From: Rhizobiaceae bacterium
Lineage (GTDB): Bacteria; Pseudomonadota; Alphaproteobacteria; Rhizobiales; Rhizobiaceae
DNA: 64,000 nt
Direction of reading: 5' to 3'
Assembly: GCA_039969995.1 (NCBI GenBank)
Contig: JBDVMU010000006.1
Location: forward strand, 5,618 to 69,617
Position numbers and translations under genes: made by a program. This document shows, one piece after another, positions 20,470 through 27,928 of this stretch. How positions within the stretch are numbered: the stretch's first letter is position 1; the number at the start of each line of letters is the position of its first letter. The notes under the pieces are model-generated. The model was not told where the DNA came from and did not search any database. It worked only from the letters and a program-made list of their open reading frames with translations.

Positions 20470-20681
20470 GAAGGAAACCCTGCTTACGGCTACAAAACAT
20501 TCGGGTAAATTGATCCGGCAGGGTCGTCAAGTTTGAACTGCTCACCCTTTGCATCAATCGTCTGAGCGTGTATTGATTCGACATGTGATTGCCGGAAGTT
20601 TTTCAGGCACGATTATAAGGCATGTCGGCGGCTGGGCAGACGACGGCACTTTGGGGACACGTTTGGTGAAAGCGGGACGCG

Positions 20682-21986
20682 ATGAGTGCAGTTAAGCAGG
20701 TGGGCAAATGGCTTAAACGCCTGTTTATCCTAGCATGCATGCTGGCACTGTGCTTCAGCGCCGTCATTTATCTTTCCCGCAACGATCTTATGAGCACCGG
20801 ACAGTCGTTGACCATCGGGCTTATCATCATATTCGCCATTATCATCATCCATCGCCAAAGGATGATTTCCCGCGACATTCGCAACATGAAATCCCAATCA
20901 GCAGCGCTGATACACTACGAAGACGACATCAAAAGGCGGCTTGAAGCCTTAACCCTGCGTGTCAACGGGCTTGCTGACAATTCTAATCCCAATGGCCTGG
21001 GACAGGTCGGAGAAGACGGAACGATTGCACCAATGTTCCAGGCCGATCATTCTGAAGCTATTGCCATTTTGAACAGCCGCATCAATTCACTCCAAGATGA
21101 TTCAAATCCCTCAATGGATCGCATCCGCCCCGATGTTTACCCTCTTGATGACCCGCAATCGAACGAAGAAGACCTTGCAGCGCCAACCCGAGGAAAAAAA
21201 TCAGGCAAAAAAAGGAAAATCGAGCTGAATGAGAAAAGTCTCAACATGCATTTACAGCCGATTATCGAACTACCATCACGACGCCCTGCCTATTTTGATG
21301 CATTTATGCGGCTGAACTCCGCCGATGGCGAATTCGTGGACCAGTCCGAGTTCCGCAAACTGGCGGAAGCTGCCGGGCTGATGCCGACGATCGACAAAAA
21401 AATAGTGTTCAGCGCTGTTCGCATGGTTCGTAAATTGAATCTGCTCAAAAAGAAGGCGGGGGTGTTCTGCCCCATTTCACCGGTTTCGCTGGGCAACGCT
21501 CACAATTTCCGCGAGATTTTCAGCTTTCTTCAGGCAAATGCCAGCCTACGAGGTTCGCTGGTGATAGAAATCACCCAACGGGAGTTGGCAGGCTTGAGTC
21601 AGGACCAGCACAACCGCTTGTCCAATTTGTCAGACATGGACATCGCATTGTCACTCAACAACGTTCAGGATCTCAATTTGGATGCCGAGCACCTGGCTCG
21701 GTGCGGTTTCAAATTCGTCAAAGTTCCAGCTTCCATCTTGCTGCATGCAAATTTACAGGACAATCAAAAGGGCATCGAGCCCGAGAGCTTGGCAGAAATA
21801 CTTGAGGTAGAAGGCATCCGGTTAATTGCCACTGAGGTCGAACGTGACCGGGATGCGGTTAACCTGATCGATATGGAATTGCCGTTGGCACAGGGTCTGC
21901 TGTTTGCACCACCACGACCGGTAAAGGCCGAACTCTTGATCAACGCCGAGCCTGAAAAATCAGAACAGCTTCAGTCGACTGCATAG
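20682..21986 (+). CDS. Membrane-anchored protein with a degenerate EAL domain
   Basis: The 434-aa ORF has two N-terminal TM helices, a coiled or low-complexity linker and a C-terminal EAL-fold region (LQPIIELPSRRPAYFDAFMRL...IEITQ...ATEVE...QGLLFAPP). Catalytic motifs are substituted. Confidence 0.75.
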   Translation: MSAVKQVGKWLKRLFILACMLALCFSAVIYLSRNDLMSTGQSLTIGLIIIFAIIIIHRQRMISRDIRNMKSQSAALIHYEDDIKRRLEALTLRVNGLADNSNPNGLGQVGEDGTIAPMFQADHSEAIAILNSRINSLQDDSNPSMDRIRPDVYPLDDPQSNEEDLAAPTRGKKSGKKRKIELNEKSLNMHLQPIIELPSRRPAYFDAFMRLNSADGEFVDQSEFRKLAEAAGLMPTIDKKIVFSAVRMVRKLNLLKKKAGVFCPISPVSLGNAHNFREIFSFLQANASLRGSLVIEITQRELAGLSQDQHNRLSNLSDMDIALSLNNVQDLNLDAEHLARCGFKFVKVPASILLHANLQDNQKGIEPESLAEILEVEGIRLIATEVERDRDAVNLIDMELPLAQGLLFAPPRPVKAELLINAEPEKSEQLQSTA

Positions 21987-22033
21987 GCCCCTTCAGATTT
22001 GGTTAGAACGTCGAACGGTCGACGGTCCCTAAA

Positions 22034-22070
22034 CAAAAAGGCGCCCGCGAAAAGCAAGCGCCTTTTTTTT
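22034..22070. terminator. Bidirectional rho-independent terminator between convergent genes
   Basis: The sequence is AAAAAGGCGC-loop-GCGCCTTTTTTTT, with an A-run on one side and a T-run on the other. Confidence 0.6.
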
Positions 22071-22086
22071 ATCGTTGCAGTCAAGA

Positions 22087-24156
22087 TTACTTGGTGATGG
22101 CCAGTTCAGCCAACTGTTCAGCAATCGACTGGAAGGTCGCCACAAGCTGCGAGTTGTTCTGCGCATCGTAATATTGCTTGCTGCCGCCCAAATCAGAGGA
22201 TGCACACGTTTCCAGCATTGTCTTCACGCTGGATCCATTCGGCACGTCAAATGCAATCGTATAGATGGAAATGCCGGCGGCCTTGGCATTTTCGCAGGTT
22301 TCCACCAAATGCTCGTCCATGGCCATACGGAAGGTTGTATAGCTGTGACTCGGATTGGCGATTTCATCAAAACCATCAAAGATGCGTTCATTTTCCGAAT
22401 GACCCCAGGTGTTATAGAACGACTTGTTGCGCTTTGAATAACTATATGAAGTGATGGGGTAATTGGTGTTGTTACCGTCGGTCATGACAATCATGATCTT
22501 CTTGTTGTCGGCTACCGAATAGTCACGCCCCTGGGTGAAGGGTTCGCTTGGTGAAAGCGTTCGCCAGCCCCAAGATACACCAGCAGGAATGTTGGTCGAC
22601 CCACGCGCTTGCATGCTGGAAATATCACTAATCACCTGGTTCTTCGAAGTTGTCAGATCGGTGATTTCCTGAACCGTACAAAAAGCGTTTGGTCCACCCT
22701 GGGTACCCAACACGTAAGGCAAACTTGACCGGTTATTGTTGACGTCTCGAGGCGATGGATTGTTAAAATATTTCCATGTCCAACGCTGACGGCTGTACTG
22801 GTCATCGCCGGTCCCGGTGTTGTCAGAAGATTTGGGGTGACCCAACGAGGCAGGGAAGTTGTGATCATCTTCAAGATAGTTGTTGTAATACCATTCTTCA
22901 GAGATCCGGTTGCCGTTCTGATAGGAGACAGAATTTGACGTCTCACCGATATACTCACCGCGCTTATATTCGATGCGATCATCCCAGGATGGGCGATATC
23001 CCCAGTCCTGAGGGTGCCTTGTTCCGCGGTAGCCGTCGCTCCACACTTCGCAACGACGATTACTGCGTGTTCTCTGGCGACCGCGACGCCAGTAATACTG
23101 GCTCTGGAACTGGTCACAGATTTCCTGACCTGAGGACACGGTTAAGTTCTGCTCATAGTCGCCCGACCAATTGTCTGGCGTATCAGGTGCAAAAGTGGGC
23201 ACAAAAACTGTGTCCGGCTTTGTAACATCCGGTGTCGTATCGCGCGTATGCTCAGGATAAGGCCGCGATTCGACACATCCAGCCCAACTAATGCCCGGCA
23301 ATTGGTCGTAGAGGGTAAATCGTGTCAATGGTTGACCGCTCGATGTGCGATAGCTGTTTCCAACCTTGACGGCATCAGGATCTGAATCCCAATCGAGATA
23401 TTCGTGGTGGTAGGTACCAACTCCGGTTGTGTCCATCCAGGACGCATTCTTGTTGCTCGATCCAACATTGACCATGCCGGCAAATGGCACCAACGAGAAT
23501 TTGATCGGATCAGGACGCGATTGCTGACCCATTGTCGTGTGCAAAGTGTTGACGAGATCAGCAGCAGCTGAACGCAATGTGCCGATCTTGCCTCCGGAGC
23601 CCATTGAACCTGAATTATCAAGAACAAGCGCAATTTCAATTGTATCACTGCCGCACTGCACCTCAGCTTCGGCGGTCATGTGAACCATTTCTTGGTCTTC
23701 ACTGGCCCGCTTGGAACCATCAATGATCCCTTGCCTGCCGCCAGCTCCTGCAACATTTGTGGTTGCGGCGCGCATGAAAGCAAAAAACACTTTTTTGCGG
23801 AGTGTCGCCGTTGCTGCCACTGGACTGGAGGCGCAATCTCCGTCGCCCATATCGAAAGCAATGGAAGCATCGCTGATATCGGCCGCAATATTCCGGATAT
23901 TGCCGTAGAACAGCTCTTCACCTGCCGCAGCAGCCTTGGAGGTGCTGCCTGTCGCTGCCAATGTCTTGGCTGCCATCAACGTACCGGCATCAACTGCATT
24001 TTGAAAATTGATGCGCGCGCGATACAGCTCCGCCGTATCAACGCCTGCTCCTGTCATCAACAACAGAAACGGAGTGCTCAGACCAACCAGCAGCTTAACA
24101 CTACCGCGTCTGTCTATCCCGAATTCTCTCACCCGCTCAAATAGGCGCTTCAACAT
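22087..24156 (-). CDS. TadG-like (TadE/TadG N-terminal) protein with a von Willebrand factor A domain
   Basis: The ATG at 24156 gives MLKRLFERVREFGIDRRGSVKLLVGLSTPFLLLMTGAGVDTAELYRAR. A VWA MIDAS-like motif (LVLDNSGSMG) is present, and a large W/Y/R/N-rich insert lies mid-protein. Confidence 0.8.
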   Translation of the reverse strand: MLKRLFERVREFGIDRRGSVKLLVGLSTPFLLLMTGAGVDTAELYRARINFQNAVDAGTLMAAKTLAATGSTSKAAAAGEELFYGNIRNIAADISDASIAFDMGDGDCASSPVAATATLRKKVFFAFMRAATTNVAGAGGRQGIIDGSKRASEDQEMVHMTAEAEVQCGSDTIEIALVLDNSGSMGSGGKIGTLRSAAADLVNTLHTTMGQQSRPDPIKFSLVPFAGMVNVGSSNKNASWMDTTGVGTYHHEYLDWDSDPDAVKVGNSYRTSSGQPLTRFTLYDQLPGISWAGCVESRPYPEHTRDTTPDVTKPDTVFVPTFAPDTPDNWSGDYEQNLTVSSGQEICDQFQSQYYWRRGRQRTRSNRRCEVWSDGYRGTRHPQDWGYRPSWDDRIEYKRGEYIGETSNSVSYQNGNRISEEWYYNNYLEDDHNFPASLGHPKSSDNTGTGDDQYSRQRWTWKYFNNPSPRDVNNNRSSLPYVLGTQGGPNAFCTVQEITDLTTSKNQVISDISSMQARGSTNIPAGVSWGWRTLSPSEPFTQGRDYSVADNKKIMIVMTDGNNTNYPITSYSYSKRNKSFYNTWGHSENERIFDGFDEIANPSHSYTTFRMAMDEHLVETCENAKAAGISIYTIAFDVPNGSSVKTMLETCASSDLGGSKQYYDAQNNSQLVATFQSIAEQLAELAITK

Positions 24157-24260
24157 GTTTCCTACTCCAACATGAAATTTTGCGGGACATCGAATGATGC
24201 CCAGACGCAAAACGCATTAGTTCACGCATAATAATGCAGGGGAGAGGTTGAGGATCGTTT

Positions 24261-24298
24261 GAAAAAGAAAGTTAAAATGCCGTTATGGAATTAACGGC
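24261..24298 (-). terminator. Possible rho-independent terminator of the sbtA-like gene
   Basis: The hairpin GCCGTTA-N6-TAACGGC at 24279-24298 is followed on the minus strand by a T-rich tract. Confidence 0.4.
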
Positions 24299-24341
24299 GT
24301 GTTTACCGTGTCGATGGTGCTGCCACAGTGACCTCTCGACC

Positions 24342-25313
24342 TCAGGATGCCCCTTTTGCCAGCCAAAGATAAAATGGCAGGCCAACGGCGATGTTGAAGG
24401 GAAAAGTGACGCCGAGAGACATCGTCAGATATATTCCTGATTGGGCCTGTGGCAAAGCAATCTTCATCGCCGCCGGCACGGCAATGTAGGAGGCGGACGC
24501 CGACAACACCATCATCAGGAACACACCACCCTGCGACAGACCCAATATCCAACCTGTCGCATAGCCAGCAAAACAGCCCACCAGCGGCATAATGCAACCA
24601 AACGCAAACAACCCACCGGTCAGCGATTTGCGGTTTTCCACCAGGCTGCGTCCGGCAGACAGGCCCATATCGAGCAGAAACAGACAAAGAATGCCGGTAA
24701 ATGGCACAATGATAAATGGCTTAACGTCATTGAGCCCTTCCTGCCCGGTGATGACACCGATGATAAACGATCCGACCAGAAGCACGATCGATCCGTTACC
24801 GACAATATCGCGCAACAACTTGCTCTGTGATTGCGCCCGCACGCCCCGCGTTCCGGCAATCCACAGCGCCGAAAGAATGGCCGGCACTTCCATGACAGCA
24901 GCAACCGCCACCAGATAGCCTTCAGCAACCATGACGTTGAGTTCCAGCAGACTGCTGGCGGTGACGAAAGTGACAATCGAAATCGAACCATAGTGGCCAG
25001 CAACGGCAGCCGCATTAACATCGTCCAGCCTGGTCAATACCCGCAGCAGGAAGAAAGCAATGAATGGCAACAGGAAAGACAGAACCATACCCGCCAGCAA
25101 AGTGGCGACAATCTGCCATGTTATTTCATTGCTGATCAGACTGGCGCCACCCTTGAAGCCGATGGCGAACAGCAAATAGATCGACATCACCTTGGCAGCA
25201 CCATCTGGTATCGATAAATCGCTGCGGGCAACTGCCGCCAACATGCCGAGCACAAAGAACAAGATGGTCGGCACGAGTAAACTCGCGGCGAGCATGGAAA
25301 GTGCTGCGTCCAT
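24342..25313 (-). CDS. Sodium-dependent bicarbonate transport family permease (SbtA-like, Sbt_1)
   Basis: The 323-aa ORF contains LLVPTILFFVLGMLAAVARSDLSIPDGAAKVMSIYLLFAIGFKGGASL. Confidence 0.8.
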   Translation of the reverse strand: MDAALSMLAASLLVPTILFFVLGMLAAVARSDLSIPDGAAKVMSIYLLFAIGFKGGASLISNEITWQIVATLLAGMVLSFLLPFIAFFLLRVLTRLDDVNAAAVAGHYGSISIVTFVTASSLLELNVMVAEGYLVAVAAVMEVPAILSALWIAGTRGVRAQSQSKLLRDIVGNGSIVLLVGSFIIGVITGQEGLNDVKPFIIVPFTGILCLFLLDMGLSAGRSLVENRKSLTGGLFAFGCIMPLVGCFAGYATGWILGLSQGGVFLMMVLSASASYIAVPAAMKIALPQAQSGIYLTMSLGVTFPFNIAVGLPFYLWLAKGAS

Positions 25314-25335
25314 AATTTCAAACTTCCTGACTGCG

Positions 25336-25383
25336 AATTGAGCGGCGAGTTAAGCGGCAAGTTGAGCGGCGGCTAGACGGCTG
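25336..25383. repeat. Intergenic tandem repeat with a period of about 12 nt (AGTTGAGCGGCG x3-4), a member of the GCGGCGAG/CTCGCCGC family
   Basis: Read directly: aattgagcggcg agttaagcggca agttgagcggcg gctagacggctg. Confidence 0.8.
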
Positions 25384-26584
25384 GAGCCTGGCTGGAATTA
25401 ACCTTGGCTGCGTTAGGCTGTCCCCTGGTCGCCAGATGCAACACCACGAAACCAGTGACCGCCGATAACCCGGACCCCAGCAACACACCAATGCGCACCG
25501 CATTCATCATCTCGTCTGAACTGAAGGCCAGCGAACCGATGAACAAGCTCATCGTGAAGCCGATACCCGTCAGACAGGCGACGCCGTAAATCTGCATCCA
25601 GTTGACCCCCTGCGGCAGACGCGTCACGCCGGATTTAACCGCCAGCCAGGTCGCCCCGAAGACACCGATCTGCTTACCGATGAACAATCCAGCAGCAATC
25701 CCGAGCGGCAACGGAGCCAGCAAATCGCTGAACTGCACACCCTCAAGCCGCACGCCCGCATTTGCAAAGGCGAAGACCGGCAGGATCAGGAAAGCCGCCC
25801 ACGGATGCAGCGAATGCTCCAACTTATGCAACAACGGCTTTTCGTCATCCGGCGACTTCGACGGAATGGCCAGCGCGATCAACACACCCGCCAAAGTAGC
25901 ATGCACACCCGATTTCAGCACACAGGCCCACATGAAGATGCCGATCAACAGATATGGTGCCAAAGCCCGCACACCCAGGCGGTTCAAAACCACCGCCAGA
26001 ACAAAACCCATCATCGACAAGGTCAGCGCGTTGATCGACAAATCGGAGGTGTAGAACATCGCAATAATGATGATCGCGCCGAGATCGTCGATGATCGCCA
26101 CCGCCAACAGGAACACTTTCAATGCGACCGGCACGCGCTTGCCAAACAGCGCCAAGACACCCAGCGCGAAGGCGATGTCAGTTGCTGCCGGAATGGCCCA
26201 GCCGCTCAGCGATTCCGCATTGCCCCAGTTGATCCAGCAGAACACAAGCGCCGGAACCGCCATCCCGCCAATCGCCGCCAGCAGCGGCAACAAGGTCTTG
26301 TCGATGCTCGACAATTCCCCCGACAACACTTCGCGTTTGATCTCCAGCCCGACGAGGAAGAAGAAAATCGCCATCAAACCATCATTAATCCACAACAGAG
26401 CCGGTTTGGAAATCTCAAACGACCCCGCCCCGACGCGCAAATTCGTCGCCAGAAAACTGTCATAAAATGGCGCCAGACCGCTATTCGCCAACGCCAACGC
26501 CACCAGCATGGCAAAGATCAAAACAATACCGCCACTGGCCTCCAGCTTGAGGAACGATTGGATGGTCCGAATTGTGTACTGCAT
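25373..26584 (-). CDS. nhaA: Na+/H+ antiporter NhaA
   Basis: The 403-aa ORF contains LKLEASGGIVLIFAMLVALALANS, ALLWINDGLMAIFFFLVGLEIKRE and AIIDDLGAIIIIA. Confidence 0.92.
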   Translation of the reverse strand: MQYTIRTIQSFLKLEASGGIVLIFAMLVALALANSGLAPFYDSFLATNLRVGAGSFEISKPALLWINDGLMAIFFFLVGLEIKREVLSGELSSIDKTLLPLLAAIGGMAVPALVFCWINWGNAESLSGWAIPAATDIAFALGVLALFGKRVPVALKVFLLAVAIIDDLGAIIIIAMFYTSDLSINALTLSMMGFVLAVVLNRLGVRALAPYLLIGIFMWACVLKSGVHATLAGVLIALAIPSKSPDDEKPLLHKLEHSLHPWAAFLILPVFAFANAGVRLEGVQFSDLLAPLPLGIAAGLFIGKQIGVFGATWLAVKSGVTRLPQGVNWMQIYGVACLTGIGFTMSLFIGSLAFSSDEMMNAVRIGVLLGSGLSAVTGFVVLHLATRGQPNAAKVNSSQAPAV

Positions 26585-26681
26585 GAAACTGCCCGCGCGA
26601 AATGATCAATTGAGCCTCATCTAGGTTGCACTTTTGGATAGTTCCAATATATAAAAACGAAATTTAATATAGTTTTTACCT

Positions 26682-27650
26682 ATGATAAAACCGACCATTC
26701 GCCAGCTTGAATATGCCGTTGCCGTGGCTGATACCGGCCAGTTCGGCCTTGCCGCCAAGCGTCTCAACGTTTCTCAACCGAGCCTTTCAACGCAAATTGC
26801 CGAGCTTGAATTCGCCCTTGATCGGCGCATTTTCAACCGTGGCCGCAAAGGCGCATCGCCGACGGCGGGGGGCCATGAGATCATCCGCCGCGCCCGCCTT
26901 GTGCTGCGTGAAATGGAAGACATGGTAGCGCTTAGCCGTAATGAGGGCTTGTTTGGCGGCCGCTTACGGTTGGGCGTCCTGCCCTCCATCGGCCCTTATC
27001 TGCTGCCCGAAGTTGTCCGCAAACTGCACGCTGAAAACCCCGAATTGCGGCTGGTGCTGAAAGAGGAAAGCACCTTGCGGCTGGAGGATGATCTGCGCAG
27101 CGGCCGTCTCGACATGATCATCTCCACCCCCGACGATCATTTGGGCACCCACCAGATCCCGTTATTCACCGAGCGTCTTTGGGCCGCCTTTGCCAGCGAC
27201 GATCCGCTGGCCAGGAGCAAAAGCCCGCTCAGCCTTGAAGACCTGGCCGGTCGCACCCTGCTGACGCTGGACCGCAGTCACCGCCTGTCGCGCATTGTCC
27301 ATCGCATGGCCCAGGACAGCGGCGCCACTGTGCTCGACGATTATCAGGGCACCAGCATGGACGCCATCCGCCTGATGGCCGCCTCCGGTTCTGGCATCGC
27401 CATTCTGCCGCATATTTATGCAGCAACAGAAGCCCGTCGCGGCTCCGATGTCGCCCTGCGCCCGTTCAAAAAGGGCACAGCTTTACGTCATTTGGCGCTG
27501 ATCCAACCCGGCGGCGGCGGCGGCGAGGCTGGCGGCGGCGGCGAGGCTGGCGGCGGCAGCGAGGCTGGCGGCGGCGGCGAGCCCCGCTATGGCACCGACC
27601 TGCTGGCCAATGCGCTGAAGCTGGAAGCCGAAAAACTCATGCGCGCTTAG
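26682..27650 (+). CDS. LysR family transcriptional regulator (OxyR-like N-terminus)
   Basis: The 322-aa ORF has the HTH segment IRQLEYAVAVADTGQFGLAAKRLNVSQPSLSTQIAELE. It is divergent from nhaA. The C-terminal part carries an inserted G/E/A repeat. Confidence 0.9.
   Translation: MIKPTIRQLEYAVAVADTGQFGLAAKRLNVSQPSLSTQIAELEFALDRRIFNRGRKGASPTAGGHEIIRRARLVLREMEDMVALSRNEGLFGGRLRLGVLPSIGPYLLPEVVRKLHAENPELRLVLKEESTLRLEDDLRSGRLDMIISTPDDHLGTHQIPLFTERLWAAFASDDPLARSKSPLSLEDLAGRTLLTLDRSHRLSRIVHRMAQDSGATVLDDYQGTSMDAIRLMAASGSGIAILPHIYAATEARRGSDVALRPFKKGTALRHLALIQPGGGGGEAGGGGEAGGGSEAGGGGEPRYGTDLLANALKLEAEKLMRA
27510..27581 (+). repeat. In-frame 18-nt tandem repeat (GGCGGCGGCGGCGAGGCT, about 4 copies) inside the LysR gene
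   Basis: It encodes GGGGGEA GGGGEA GGGSEA GGGGE. Read directly from the sequence. Confidence 0.9.
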
Positions 27651-27928
27651 CTTCGGCGGCGAGCGGAGTAGAGGAGGTGATGAAAACGAGGGAACAAATA
27701 TCTAATGTGGGGAGAAGGAGTCAAAATATACCGAACATTGATCAATCCAATGGCCGATCAGAACTAAAAGTGACAGGTGTCGATTCGATGCTTTCGGCCC
27801 ACTGCGGTCATTGGAGTCATCGTGCCGCGGACCATCCAAATTTCACAAAGCCGACATTCGCTCGACTGGTTTCAGAAATTGAGCAGAGGTCTGCACAGCG
27901 GACAAAGCACCAGTTTGCCATCGATGCG

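Noticed and set aside
25805-26605. A 266-aa plus-strand R/Q/H-rich ORF.
   Set aside because: It is an antisense shadow of nhaA with extreme composition.
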